A DNA stretch of 64,000 bases from Bacteroidaceae bacterium (GCA_963596015.1 CAVBJS010000007.1:7073-71072), one strand, 5' to 3'. Numbered from the stretch's first letter, positions 19,854 to 31,768 are shown. Made by a program: numbers and translations. Notes: a model not told the origin generated them from the letters alone.

Positions 19854-19907
19854 TTTTATTCGGTCGCGTCCGAGTCATCCGTGACCGAATAAAAAATATA
19901 TTTTTAA
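19854..19907. repeat. Palindromic site P2 (right of ATPase pair)
   Basis: TTTTATTCGGTCGCG-tccgagtcatc-CGTGACCGAATAAAA then AATATATTTTTAA; same orientation as P1. Confidence 0.85.
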
Positions 19908-19936
19908 CGGTTCGATTGCTCCTCTGAACGAGGATC

Positions 19937-20008
19937 AAAAGAGCATCGAAAAAGGAACATCGTGTGGATGCTCCCTTTTTGATGCTCCTTTTTTGATGCT
20001 CCTTTTTT
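19937..20008 (-). terminator. Terminator with tandemly amplified arms after GH78
   Basis: 3 x 14 bp GATGCTCCYTTTTT (19967-20008) facing two complementary units AAAAGAGCATC / AAAAAGGAACATC. Confidence 0.65.
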
Positions 20009-20019
20009 GAGAGACAATA

Positions 20020-21555
20020 TCATTCCTCTTTTTTTCTGAAATACTTTCGCAGAAAATAAGCCGGTCCGCAGCTCCAGGCATGGCAATAACTGTTGACGAT
20101 GGTGCCGCCATAGGGAGACTCACTGCTGTTTTCCGGGTTATACAGCTCCCAGAAGGTATCGGCTCCCAAGTCCGCCATTTGCCCCCAGTATGTCTCCAGT
20201 TTCTGTAATGCTTTATCCCATTTTCCCACATGGATCAGGGCATCCACATAGTTGTGATACATATAAGGTGTCACCATCTGCTGCGCCTGCTGCAGGGTTT
20301 CGATCCGCTCCATCAGTTCTGCCGCCGCCTGGCCTTCTATGGCTTCTCCCAATACCATCCAGACCTGGGACGCCGCGGATACCTGCTTAGCTTCTCCGCT
20401 TATATAACACTTTTTCTGTTCATCCCACAACCATTCATTGGCTGCAATCCTGCAGTCGCAATACAGCCCGGAGAGATACTCTTCCGTCATCACATCCCCC
20501 AATGCCTGGGCAAGCTGGATGGCGGCCGAAAGCGCATACAGCAGAATGCCCTGGGCAGAGGCCTGCTTGTTTAAGTGCAGGTTCCAATCCACAAAACACC
20601 AGCCCAATTGTTCGCTGTCCTGTACCAGATATTTCTCATCCAGAGATCCTCTGGCCAGTTCGATCTGCCGCAGGGCTGTGGGCCATAATTCCCGCAGCGT
20701 TTCCTCATCCTTTGTCTCCTCATAATAATCCCGGAGAATATTGATAAAAAACAACGCATAGTCAAACATCTGGGTGTCGTCCACGGCCGGCTCCGGCTCT
20801 AAGAAAAGGCATGCCCCCACCTTGCCGTTTTCCATGGGAAGGGCGGCGAAAAGATACAGACAGGCTTTTACCATGTCGTTTTTCCGGTAGGTTTCATAAT
20901 TGGCCAGCGCCTGGATCCGCAGGTCACCGATCCAGAGCCGGCGGTCTCTCTTAGGTCCATCTTCAAAGACGTTCTGCATGCAGTTATGCAAGGTCCGGCA
21001 GGCGATCTTATCTAACTTCGCCAGACGTTCACTTTGGGGCTCGAAATCCCGCAGCTCCTCTTCTTTTACACAGGAGACGGCTCTGCAGCACGCCTGTTCT
21101 ACAATGAGCTGGAATTTACTGCTTATATCCAACACCTCTATCATGACATACCGGAAGGCATACCGTCTGGGCAGCTTCACCTGCGAAGGGATCACATCCA
21201 CGTGGATCTGCTCCTCTTCGATCCAGGAAGAACAGATCCATCCCTTATAGCTTCGGGCATCTTCCAAAAGCTCTGCGGGATTTTCCGCAAAATGGAGCCT
21301 TAGCCAGACCGGTGCATCCGGATGGCTTCCGGTATATCCTAATTTCAGATCCAGATAGCCCACCTGGTGATCTCCGAAATCCAGACAGATCCTGCTTCCC
21401 TTTTTAAGGCACTGCGTGTCATAGGGCCGGTCCGGCAAGATCGTCACTGCATCCTGTTCTTTCCCGATCTGCACGGTCCGCTTTACTTCCACCTCTGTCT
21501 CATGCAAGGCCGGCAGCAATTGCAAGGCCTTCTCTAAAAATCTCTCATTCTTCAT
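20020..21555 (-). CDS. Alpha-L-rhamnosidase (GH78-like, six-hairpin domain)
   Basis: DGPKRDRRLWIGD catalytic region, TFWE and CHAWS motifs; no signal peptide. Confidence 0.88.
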   Translation of the reverse strand: MKNERFLEKALQLLPALHETEVEVKRTVQIGKEQDAVTILPDRPYDTQCLKKGSRICLDFGDHQVGYLDLKLGYTGSHPDAPVWLRLHFAENPAELLEDARSYKGWICSSWIEEEQIHVDVIPSQVKLPRRYAFRYVMIEVLDISSKFQLIVEQACCRAVSCVKEEELRDFEPQSERLAKLDKIACRTLHNCMQNVFEDGPKRDRRLWIGDLRIQALANYETYRKNDMVKACLYLFAALPMENGKVGACLFLEPEPAVDDTQMFDYALFFINILRDYYEETKDEETLRELWPTALRQIELARGSLDEKYLVQDSEQLGWCFVDWNLHLNKQASAQGILLYALSAAIQLAQALGDVMTEEYLSGLYCDCRIAANEWLWDEQKKCYISGEAKQVSAASQVWMVLGEAIEGQAAAELMERIETLQQAQQMVTPYMYHNYVDALIHVGKWDKALQKLETYWGQMADLGADTFWELYNPENSSESPYGGTIVNSYCHAWSCGPAYFLRKYFRKKEE

Positions 21556-22549
21556 TTCTATTGTTATGTCCTTTAAACAGCATTTTTCTCAGCAGCGTTT
21601 CATTGTTCAGATAGATCAAAAAGACCACCAGCAAAACCGCATTTATGATAGACTGGGTGGACGCTGTCACCACATTGGACAGAACGGCAAAGGTAGAATT
21701 CAGCAAGGACATACATATGCCTGCCAGCAAAAAACCTATTTTTTCATTACTGAATCTCCCTATATAAGACCCGATAAACATGGGTAAAAATGCAGTAAAC
21801 ATAATGGAAATAGAACCGAAATTCAGCTGTCCGCCGTTAATGGTGGTATTTCTCGCCGCATTTAAAAAACCGACGATCCCCATCAACCCGCCGCAAAAGG
21901 TATAACATACCAGTGCGTTTGGCACTTCCTTTATGCCGGTATTGACAGCAACCTTCTGACCGTTTTTCAAAGCCCTGTAATCATAACCAAAGCCTGTATG
22001 GTCAAAAAGTATGATGGTCAGGGCCAGTACAGCTGCGATCAGCAGCGCCCCATAGATCCATGTGCCAGCAAATCCGGACATGGAGGAATTCTGCACCTCT
22101 GTCATCACATATTTTCCATTGGTGATGGTATACAGGATCCCTTCATAGAGAAGTGTCACGCCCAGGGAGGTAATAATGGGCGGGATCCGAAGGAGCACAT
22201 AGATGGCTCCCGATAACAGTCCCAGCACCGCACCTGCCGCTGCCGTAACAGCCAGCATTAAGACTGCACTTCCGGCGCCGCCGCCCAACACGGCGAAGCT
22301 GACTTTAGCCCCGATGACAGAGGACAGGGCCGCCATGGCACCCAGGGAAAAATCGAATCTTCCGCTGTTTAGATTCACAGACAGGGCGATGGTAGTAAGT
22401 ATGACGATCGCCGCATATATTACAAAATTGTCAAAGCTCTTTGCATTTGAGATGATATGGCTCCCGTGTATCAGGCATATCACTTCCAGAATGACAAATG
22501 CCAGCACAGGGATCACCATTGTCCCTGCTATTTTCTTAGGGGTACTCAT
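21545..22549 (-). CDS. Sugar ABC transporter permease (CUT2/RbsC-like)
   Basis: Highly hydrophobic, GRFDFSLG, IPPIITSLG. Confidence 0.85.
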   Translation of the reverse strand: MSTPKKIAGTMVIPVLAFVILEVICLIHGSHIISNAKSFDNFVIYAAIVILTTIALSVNLNSGRFDFSLGAMAALSSVIGAKVSFAVLGGGAGSAVLMLAVTAAAGAVLGLLSGAIYVLLRIPPIITSLGVTLLYEGILYTITNGKYVMTEVQNSSMSGFAGTWIYGALLIAAVLALTIILFDHTGFGYDYRALKNGQKVAVNTGIKEVPNALVCYTFCGGLMGIVGFLNAARNTTINGGQLNFGSISIMFTAFLPMFIGSYIGRFSNEKIGFLLAGICMSLLNSTFAVLSNVVTASTQSIINAVLLVVFLIYLNNETLLRKMLFKGHNNRNEE

Positions 22550-22573
22550 AGCCTGCCGCCTCCTGTTGGTAGC

Positions 22574-23803
22574 TTATTTGGATGCAACCAGGGTCTTTAC
22601 CGCATCAAAGGTAACATCACTGCCGATCACGCCATCCAGTGTCGCTTTGTCATAGATAGGCGCATCGCCGCTGTCGGAGACAAAGTACTTGTCAAATGTC
22701 TCTACATCGGTTGCAACAAGATATTTCTGGCTCAGAGAAGGTGCATTTCCCTCTTCATCCCGGATAACATTGCCGTTAATGGCATTCATTACCAGGGCAA
22801 ATACCGGGCCGATGGAGGAGGAATACTTGCCGGCAAGGTAAGTGAGCTTGCCGTCTTTCATGGCTGCCTCGTTGGCAGAGGTAAAGGAATCGATATCAGA
22901 GAAGGAAATACCAGCCTCGTTTAATGACTGCGCAAAGAAGGTAGTGGCCATACCCACGGAAATAAAGGCATCGGGGGCTTTCTGAATGGCTGCATTTAAC
23001 TCATCTGTAGTGGTATCGCCGTATCCCTGCAGATAGGAAACCACTTCCACATCACCGGAGATCTTTGACAGATCCACACTCTGATCCTGGAAGATCTGGC
23101 CTACAATACCGTTCATATCATCGGCACCGCCGTAGGTACAGCCAAGGCCTGCCAACACACCTGCCACCCGGTAGACATGCATGGGATTGGGAATGAAGGC
23201 TCCGTAAATGGCTACCTTTGCAACACCCTGGTCCTTATAATATGCGCCCATCTCCTGACCGGCTTCATACTCCGTTTCATTGCTGGGTCCCACCTGGCCG
23301 ACAAAATACTCATAGTTTTTGTAAGTTTCATACTGCTCATCATCCAATACGCCGGACGCCACCGCATAATATACACCGTATTTTTCACAGGTCTCGATCT
23401 GCTGGGCCCGGTCGCTGCTGGAGAAGGAAATAATGGCCTGACATCCCTGGGATGCGAATTTTTCGATGGCGGCTTTCTCCTCCTCTGCGCTGGCAAGCGC
23501 GTCGGTATAGGTAAAGGTCACATCGTAATTTTCTGCAATGTAGTTCTCATAATAATTGCGAAATCCCTGGGCTTCCTCGCCGCTGACATCCGCTACCAGC
23601 ACGCCGATCTTCGCGGCATCTTTGCTCTCCGTTTCCTTCTCTGCGCCGGCATCTGCGCTCTCGCCATCGGCTGTCTTTTCAGACGATGTCTCAGAAGAAA
23701 CAGCCCCAGTGCTTCCTGCATCGGCAGCAGAACCGCATCCGGCTAACATGGAAAGCGCCATCGCTCCCACCATCAATGTACTGATCAGTTTTTTAAATCT
23801 CAT
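22574..23803 (-). CDS. ABC transporter substrate-binding lipoprotein
   Basis: MRFKK signal peptide with lipobox LAGC; lies between two permease genes; ORF extension to 23875 is repeat-derived. Confidence 0.8.
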   Translation of the reverse strand: MRFKKLISTLMVGAMALSMLAGCGSAADAGSTGAVSSETSSEKTADGESADAGAEKETESKDAAKIGVLVADVSGEEAQGFRNYYENYIAENYDVTFTYTDALASAEEEKAAIEKFASQGCQAIISFSSSDRAQQIETCEKYGVYYAVASGVLDDEQYETYKNYEYFVGQVGPSNETEYEAGQEMGAYYKDQGVAKVAIYGAFIPNPMHVYRVAGVLAGLGCTYGGADDMNGIVGQIFQDQSVDLSKISGDVEVVSYLQGYGDTTTDELNAAIQKAPDAFISVGMATTFFAQSLNEAGISFSDIDSFTSANEAAMKDGKLTYLAGKYSSSIGPVFALVMNAINGNVIRDEEGNAPSLSQKYLVATDVETFDKYFVSDSGDAPIYDKATLDGVIGSDVTFDAVKTLVASK

Positions 23804-23876
23804 CTTTTTCCCCTTTCCTGTCTGCGGCACGTGGGGAGAATTTCCCAAAGGCGGATTCTCCGATACCATACGCACC
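23804..23876 (-). repeat. Four-hairpin element, partial copy B (H3 + 5' half of H4)
   Basis: Minus strand GGTATCGGAGAATCCGCCTTTGGGAAATTCTCCCCACGTGCCGCAGACA followed by the RBS. Confidence 0.85.
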
Positions 23877-23973
23877 CAGACGTTAAAAAAATATATCTTC
23901 TATGCAGATGTTTTGTTTCCATCCGCATGGAATATCGTTTCCGTTTTGTACTTTAAATACCTCTGCCATGCTC

Positions 23974-24975
23974 TTATCGCGGCAATAATGAGGACCGGTA
24001 ATTCATACTGGTAATGCATACGATCAGCAGGAAAAACAGGGCGCTGATCAGCTGGGTAATGCCATATGCGGCACTTCCGTCGATCAAAAGCTCCATAATG
24101 TCATTTAAGAGCATGAAGGAAAAACCGCCCACCAGCGCCGCATGGATGCGGGAACGGGCACCGCCGGAGATAGGCATGCCGCCAAATACGATAGCGATAA
24201 AGATATTCATACCTATGCTGGAGGCCGTAGAGGTGGTAACAGACGGTGTATAGACCAGTGTCAGGAACGCCCCCAACCCTACGCCAAGGCCGGCCATCAC
24301 AAAGGCAATGATGGTATATTTACCGGATTCAATGCCTGTCAGTGCCGCACACAGGGGATTGCCGCCGATAAATTTCTGTCGTCTTCCGGTTTTGGTCAGA
24401 TTAAAGATCACATAGCAGATACCAAAAAACAAAAGCAGCAGCATGATCTTAAAAGGCATGTTGTCGAAGGGCTTTACCACTGCGCTGGGAATGCTGATGC
24501 CCCCCAGTGCACCGCCCTTTGTGGTAATGATCTTTCCTGCCACCGCCGACAATACGGACATCATGGCCACCGTTGTCACGAAGGCCGGAATGTGAAAGAC
24601 CGAGGCCAATACCGAATTAAACAAAGAACAGGCAATCCCTGCCGCAAACATGACCAGGATCATCAGGAAGACACTCTCGGTCCCATTGTAGGTAAGTACT
24701 CCCATGGTGGCGGAAAACAATGTGGCCGCTCCCAGGCTGATATCAAAGGTTCCCAGCGTATAGATAAAAATAGCCCCCGTTGCCACCACCGACAGGACAA
24801 CGCCTTCATTAAACACGATCTGCAGATACATATCCAGGCGATAGCCTTTCATCGACACCACCGCCACAAATATGACAAATAAAACCGCCAGTGCTGCAAA
24901 GGGAAGTACGGTTATTACAAGCTGAGAGACTTTGTATCTGTCAACTTTCTGTTTTGCTTTCTGTTCTGCATCCAT
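23974..24975 (-). CDS. Sugar ABC transporter permease (CUT2/RbsC-like)
   Basis: GTFDISLG, IPAFVTT, IVFGGMPISGG. Confidence 0.87.
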   Translation of the reverse strand: MDAEQKAKQKVDRYKVSQLVITVLPFAALAVLFVIFVAVVSMKGYRLDMYLQIVFNEGVVLSVVATGAIFIYTLGTFDISLGAATLFSATMGVLTYNGTESVFLMILVMFAAGIACSLFNSVLASVFHIPAFVTTVAMMSVLSAVAGKIITTKGGALGGISIPSAVVKPFDNMPFKIMLLLLFFGICYVIFNLTKTGRRQKFIGGNPLCAALTGIESGKYTIIAFVMAGLGVGLGAFLTLVYTPSVTTSTASSIGMNIFIAIVFGGMPISGGARSRIHAALVGGFSFMLLNDIMELLIDGSAAYGITQLISALFFLLIVCITSMNYRSSLLPR

Positions 24976-24989
24976 AACAAATTTCTCTC

Positions 24990-26492
24990 CTATATCATGT
25001 ACCCGATAACATCCGCATCCGTCAGAGAGGCACTGCGCATAAATTCATGGGTGATCTCTCCATCCTTCATGATCAGCATGCGGTCGCTCATGCCTAAAAG
25101 CTCCGGCAACTCCTCGCTGATCAGAAGGATCGCTTTTCCCTCGTTTTTAAGCTGTATCATCAGCCGGTACATAGCCTGCTTTACGCCGATATCCACCCCG
25201 CGGGTGGGGCAGTCGAGAATAAGAATCTCACTTCCGCAGCCGATCCATTTGCCGAATACCACCTTCTGCTTGTTTCCACCGGATAACTGACCGGTAAGCT
25301 GGTTTTCATCGGCACATTTGATGGAAAGTGCTTTGATCTGCCTTCTGACATACTTCTTTTCTTTTCTGTTGGTAATAAAATGTTTTTTTACCGCATAGCA
25401 GTCCATTCCCGCAACGGCAATGTTGTCCTTGATGCTTGCAGATAAACACAGGGATTCCACATCCCGATCCTTGGATACGTAGCCGATCTTATGTTCCACG
25501 GCTGTATGCGGATCGGTAATGGCCTCTCCCGTTTCTGTCACAACCCTTCCGCTTTCCAGGGCCAGTGCGCCAAGCATGGCTTTTCCAAGCTCATGCATGC
25601 CACAGGAGGAAAGGCCTCCTATGCCCAGGATCTCCCCCTTCCTTAAAGTAACAGTGACATTTCTTAACTGTGCCTTATAGCAGAGGTCCTCTGCCTGCAA
25701 CGCTGTCTCCTTAAGGCCTCCCGGTTCGAAATCACTTCTGTAATAATCCCCCTGCAACGCTCGTCCGATCATGCTGGTACGAATGGCATCGGCATCAAAT
25801 TCTTCCTTTCGGAAAGTCCGGATCAGGTTTCCGTCCCGCAAAACCGTAAGGGTGTCGCATACCTGCATAATCTCCTCCAGATCATGGGAAATGAAAATGA
25901 CCGCTTTTCCCTCGTCCCTGATCTTTCGGATCAAGCGGTACATAAGAGTTCTTCCATCCTGGGACAGGGCAGTACTGGTCTCATCGATGACTAAGATCTT
26001 AGGATCTTTCATCATGACCTTTCCGATCTCTACCAGCTTTCGCTTCTGAAAATCCAGCATTTCCATAGGCATGTCCCCTGTGACATCCTCCACACCGATA
26101 GCCTTCATCACCTGGGTGGCCTCTGCAAACATCCGCTTTCTGTCCACGATCCCCAACCTATTTTTAAAGGATTCCAGCTCTGCCAGAAAAATATTCTCCG
26201 CCACAGTGATCCCCGGAATGGTTCCGCTCTCCTGCACCACCATGCCGATCCCATGCTGCAGGGCATCGATCATACTGGAAGGCTGCCAGGGCTGTCCCAG
26301 GAATACCATCTCCCCTTCTGTCGCTTTCTGCATGCCCGCCGCAATGGAAGAAATGGTGGATTTCCCGGAGCCATTCTCTCCGATCAGACCTCTGATCTCC
26401 CCCGGATATACTTCCAGATCCACATGCTTAAGTGCTGTCACACTTCCAAACTGTTTGGAAATATGTCTCATCTCCAGAACCGGTTCTGCCAT
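24990..26492 (-). CDS. Sugar ABC transporter ATP-binding protein (tandem NBD, RbsA/MglA-like)
   Basis: GENGSGKST, FISHDLEE, LSGGNKQKV, PTRGVDIG, ISEELPEL. Confidence 0.92.
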   Translation of the reverse strand: MAEPVLEMRHISKQFGSVTALKHVDLEVYPGEIRGLIGENGSGKSTISSIAAGMQKATEGEMVFLGQPWQPSSMIDALQHGIGMVVQESGTIPGITVAENIFLAELESFKNRLGIVDRKRMFAEATQVMKAIGVEDVTGDMPMEMLDFQKRKLVEIGKVMMKDPKILVIDETSTALSQDGRTLMYRLIRKIRDEGKAVIFISHDLEEIMQVCDTLTVLRDGNLIRTFRKEEFDADAIRTSMIGRALQGDYYRSDFEPGGLKETALQAEDLCYKAQLRNVTVTLRKGEILGIGGLSSCGMHELGKAMLGALALESGRVVTETGEAITDPHTAVEHKIGYVSKDRDVESLCLSASIKDNIAVAGMDCYAVKKHFITNRKEKKYVRRQIKALSIKCADENQLTGQLSGGNKQKVVFGKWIGCGSEILILDCPTRGVDIGVKQAMYRLMIQLKNEGKAILLISEELPELLGMSDRMLIMKDGEITHEFMRSASLTDADVIGYMI

Positions 26493-26661
26493 ATTCCTTT
26501 CCTCCGTTCCATCAAAACTGAATATGCTTCTATTTTATTCCGGGCAAGAAATCTTTAAATTCACAATTCAGCTCTGTTTCGTTGACCTATTTAATAGCGT
26601 TTGTTAATATAGATCATATAAATTAGTTTTTTTTGATATTTTAAAAGGAGACGTTACTTCC

Positions 26662-27912
<1,251 letters not shown>

Positions 27913-27977
27913 CTATAATCAAGCAGCCACACAGATGTTCTTTCGTACACATCCGTGTGGCTGTCTGCCATTATTTA

Positions 27978-29327
27978 TCAGTTACTGCTCTGTGCTTTGC
28001 TTGCAGCTTCCTGGAAGATCTCTGTTGCTTTGGTAAAGTATTCTTCCGCTGCTTCCTCCGGTGTGATCTCACCGTACTGCACCTTCTGGTCTATTTTTCT
28101 GAGCATATCCTGCTGCTCATTGTAGCCATCCTCTGTAGGCGCGCCGATAGGAGAACAATTGGGGGTAACTACCTCATTTACAAAGGTCGTTGCCTTCTGA
28201 TCCTCTTCCGAAAGCTGTGACATGATCTCTTCTGAGATCTTCTGATTTACGGGAATGCCTCTGTCGGCAAGCATAATATTGTAGAAATCAGAAGAATTGA
28301 TCAGATAATTTAAGAATGCAACTGCCTCATCCGGATGCTGTGTATTGGCACTGATGGAAAACAGCATGCTGGGCTTTAAGTAGTTGGACTTTTTCGGGTT
28401 TGTTGTGGGAATGGTGGTAATTCCGATTTCCGTTCCTTCCGGTGCTGCATTCTGGAAAGCTGCCAGTGTATTAGAGCCGTTGGTCTTGCACCAGGACATG
28501 GTCTCCGGGCTGGAACCGTATACCATAGGATCCTGCTCTAAAGCACTGTTCTGGCCTGCAATATCGGGGGAAAGCTGCCACCCTTCATCAATTCCCTGCC
28601 TCTCCAGCTGGAAGTAAGCAAGATAATCATCCGCACTCTTGCCTCCCAAAGACTGTCCTTCGATCCAAATGTCATTTGCTCTTGCATAAGGCTCCATGTA
28701 ATTGGAGTAGGTATCTACCATGTTGGATCTGTAACCGGTTTTCTCGGTTACTTCCTTGGCGATCTCAATGAAGGTATCCAGTGTCATGTTATCCTCCATT
28801 GTGATTCCGATGCTATCCAGTAAGGTCTTGTTATAGAAGAGTGCCATTGCATTGACACCGGCGGCAATGCCGTAAGTACCGTCTCCGATCTTACCCATCT
28901 CCAGAACGGTTTCGTCGATGTTGGAAACATCCAGCGCACCGCTCTCAATATAGGGTGTCAGATCTAACAGCTGCTCCTTATCGGCATACTGCTTTATGTA
29001 GGAATAATCCATCTGGATCACGTCAGGAAGAGTCTTTCCTGCTGCTGAGGTTGCCAGCTTGTTCCAGTAATCATCCCAGGAGAAGAACTGGGTATTTACT
29101 TTGATGCCTTCATTCTGTTCCTGGTACAGGTCAACACCTTTTTGCGTTGCCTCATTTCTTACCTGATTCCCCCACCAGGAAAAATTTAATTCTGTCTGTC
29201 CGGTGGCACTGGCCGCAGACTCTCCACCTGATGCAGAATCGGTACTGCTCCCACAGGCGCACAGCATAGATGCCGCCAACAGGGTTGCCATGATCTTTGC
29301 TCCCGTTTTTAAAGCTTTGTTTTTCAT
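27978..29327 (-). CDS. Carbohydrate ABC transporter substrate-binding lipoprotein (CUT1, YesO-like)
   Basis: Lipobox LCAC, FSWWGNQ, LPDVIQMD, LFYNK, RGIP. Confidence 0.88.
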   Translation of the reverse strand: MKNKALKTGAKIMATLLAASMLCACGSSTDSASGGESAASATGQTELNFSWWGNQVRNEATQKGVDLYQEQNEGIKVNTQFFSWDDYWNKLATSAAGKTLPDVIQMDYSYIKQYADKEQLLDLTPYIESGALDVSNIDETVLEMGKIGDGTYGIAAGVNAMALFYNKTLLDSIGITMEDNMTLDTFIEIAKEVTEKTGYRSNMVDTYSNYMEPYARANDIWIEGQSLGGKSADDYLAYFQLERQGIDEGWQLSPDIAGQNSALEQDPMVYGSSPETMSWCKTNGSNTLAAFQNAAPEGTEIGITTIPTTNPKKSNYLKPSMLFSISANTQHPDEAVAFLNYLINSSDFYNIMLADRGIPVNQKISEEIMSQLSEEDQKATTFVNEVVTPNCSPIGAPTEDGYNEQQDMLRKIDQKVQYGEITPEEAAEEYFTKATEIFQEAASKAQSSN

Positions 29328-29364
29328 TTCCCGAACCTCCCGTTATTTGGTTTCTTGATGGTTT

Positions 29365-29461
29365 TAGTATATGATCTTTATCCCCACGATTGAATTCACA
29401 AAAGCCACTTGCATTTACAAAATCTATTCTTTTTTCGTAAAAACGTGTCTTTTGGTAAAAA
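29365..29461 (-). promoter_or_regulatory. Promoter with candidate activator site (copy 1)
   Basis: TATACT -10 on minus strand (29366-29371) and GTGTCTTTTGGTAAAAA (29445-29461); same layout as 34643-34740. Confidence 0.65.
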
Positions 29462-29470
29462 TGTGTTTTT

Positions 29471-30478
29471 TCATTCCGATACGATCACCGTTTCGTTTTT
29501 TTGGGACGATGTCTGTATGGCATCGATCAGTTTAATACTCATCCAGGCATCCCGCACATGGATGTAATGATCGTTATTTTTTTCCAGTGCATCATAAAAC
29601 TCATGGATTAGCTTCCGATGGCTTGCTCCGTAATAAAAACGGCTTCCCGGAAGCTTTTCATCCTCACAGATCCTGGTTTTTTCCCCGTTTTTATCGATCC
29701 TGTACAGGCAGCTTTCTTCTATGGAAAAATCTGCTTTTTCCATAGAAACGCTGATCTGTACACTTTCATTTTGGCTGTTTGCATTGGTGGCAAAAAACAG
29801 TCCCTGTGCCTGATCGGCAAATACCAGCCTGGCGGCAACGGTATCTTCCACTTCGATTCCATACTCCAGAAGCTGTGAAACCGACGACTTCAGGGAATGC
29901 ACATTCCCGCATAGATAGTACAAAAGATCCAGCGTATGCACGGACTGATTGATCATGCATCCGCCGCCGGCCGTCTCCCACTTGCCTCTCCAGGGACTTT
30001 CTTCATAATAAGACTTGGGTCTTGCCCATAATACCAGCCCTCTGCAACCTGTTATGCGGCCGTATTGACCGCTTTCAATCAGTTCTTTTAAGTACTCTAC
30101 AGTCCGGTTTCTTCTGTTCTGCAGACAAATACCAATGTGTATGTCAGGATTTTCCTGCTCAAATTCCACAAATCTTTCGGCTTCCTGCGCATTTAAGGCT
30201 ACCGGCTTTTCACAGAATACATGGATCCCCAGCCCGGCCGCCTCCATGCTGACCGGCACATGAAGATAATGGGGCAGGCAGATATGGACACAGTCCGGCT
30301 GCTCCTGCCGCAGCATGACGTGATAATCCTCGTAAAAAGGAATATCGAAAGGCAACTGCTTTTGCTTTTCCGGATCACTGTCACATGCAGCACACAACTC
30401 TACGTTCGGATCTGCCAGGATAGCATCGATATGGGTTTTACTGATGGTCCCAAGACCAATGACTGCTGCTCTCTTCAT
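29471..30478 (-). CDS. Gfo/Idh/MocA-family oxidoreductase
   Basis: GLGTIS Rossmann, CLPHYLH, CEKP, GGGCMINQSVHTLD. Confidence 0.9.
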   Translation of the reverse strand: MKRAAVIGLGTISKTHIDAILADPNVELCAACDSDPEKQKQLPFDIPFYEDYHVMLRQEQPDCVHICLPHYLHVPVSMEAAGLGIHVFCEKPVALNAQEAERFVEFEQENPDIHIGICLQNRRNRTVEYLKELIESGQYGRITGCRGLVLWARPKSYYEESPWRGKWETAGGGCMINQSVHTLDLLYYLCGNVHSLKSSVSQLLEYGIEVEDTVAARLVFADQAQGLFFATNANSQNESVQISVSMEKADFSIEESCLYRIDKNGEKTRICEDEKLPGSRFYYGASHRKLIHEFYDALEKNNDHYIHVRDAWMSIKLIDAIQTSSQKNETVIVSE

Positions 30479-30500
30479 AATAATTTACCACTGCGCAGGA

Positions 30501-31694
30501 TCATTCCCTGGGCGGGAATAATCCTTCCTCCATGATACGCTTATTTAACTCCCGGGCATACAGCTCCGGATCTACAGGATTATTTACTTCCCGGTGTAAC
30601 CAGCTGGAGAGCTGGCTGGCATTGGCCAGGTTCACGCCGTTGATGCCATCGGAACCGGGTGCTAAAAGAGGAGTTCCTTCCAGGATATGGGATGCAAAAT
30701 TTTCCATGACGGTGGTATGCTGATACCCCCATGCATCTTCACTTTCGAAGGTTTCCACGGTATACAGGCCACCGCTTTCATTGCTGGAGAGCAGATTGGC
30801 CACTTCCATCATGGTCATGGTACTGTTCAGCTCCTCTTCCGGTTTTTTCAATCTGTAAACCGTCGCCTTCTTACTGTTCTCTACCACGATCTTTCCGCCG
30901 TCCAGATCGATCTCCAGTCGGTCTGTTCCGCATGCGTCGTGGGTGCAGGTAACAAAGGTTCCCACGGCCCCGTTGGCATATTCCGTGATCATGGTAACAT
31001 CGTTTTCCGTATTGATCTTCCGATGGGCCCCATTGATATTCTTGGAATAAACTTTTGTAGGGATCCCGCATATCCACTGCCACAGATCCAACTGATGGGG
31101 TGCCTGATTTACCAGAACGCCTCCGCCTTCACCGCCCCAGGTGGCGCGCCATTCACTTTGCCGATAATAGCTGTCCGGTCTCCACCATGTATTGATGATC
31201 CAGCTTGATCTGCGGATCTCACCCATCTCTTTTGAGTCCACGATCTCTTTTACCTTCTGGTACAGTTTGTTGGTCCGTTGGTTGAACATGATCCCAAACG
31301 CCGTCTCCGGATGCTTCTTAGCACATGCATTCATGGCTGCCACATCTTTAGCCCGAACCCCTGCCGGCTTTTCCACCAGCACATTCATTCCATGCTCCAG
31401 GCAATAAATAGCGATCTCGTGATGCAGATAATGAGGAACGGTAGTGATCACCGCATCTACTTTTCCGGAAGCGATCATGTCCTTCCAATCGGTAAAGAAC
31501 GGATAATCCGGATAATTCTGTTCACAGAATTCCTTTCTCTTCGGATCGATGTCACACAGTGCTCCTAATGCACAATGGTCTAAATTTAAGGTTGCATGGG
31601 GCATGTTCGGAGCATCTTTCCCGCTCAGGAAACATGCGTAATTATTTCCCTGCCCGCCTACACCAATAATACCAAATCGAATTTTGTCTGCCAT
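30501..31694 (-). CDS. Gfo/Idh/MocA-family oxidoreductase
   Basis: GIIGVG, VPHYLH, VEKP, WRATWGGEGGGVLVNQAPHQLD. Confidence 0.9.
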   Translation of the reverse strand: MADKIRFGIIGVGGQGNNYACFLSGKDAPNMPHATLNLDHCALGALCDIDPKRKEFCEQNYPDYPFFTDWKDMIASGKVDAVITTVPHYLHHEIAIYCLEHGMNVLVEKPAGVRAKDVAAMNACAKKHPETAFGIMFNQRTNKLYQKVKEIVDSKEMGEIRRSSWIINTWWRPDSYYRQSEWRATWGGEGGGVLVNQAPHQLDLWQWICGIPTKVYSKNINGAHRKINTENDVTMITEYANGAVGTFVTCTHDACGTDRLEIDLDGGKIVVENSKKATVYRLKKPEEELNSTMTMMEVANLLSSNESGGLYTVETFESEDAWGYQHTTVMENFASHILEGTPLLAPGSDGINGVNLANASQLSSWLHREVNNPVDPELYARELNKRIMEEGLFPPRE

Positions 31695-31768
31695 TTTAAT
31701 CTCCGTTTCTGCGCAGCTTTTACTGCGAAAACTGTCACATTAGTCCGTCTTTTCACTCTGATCTGCAT

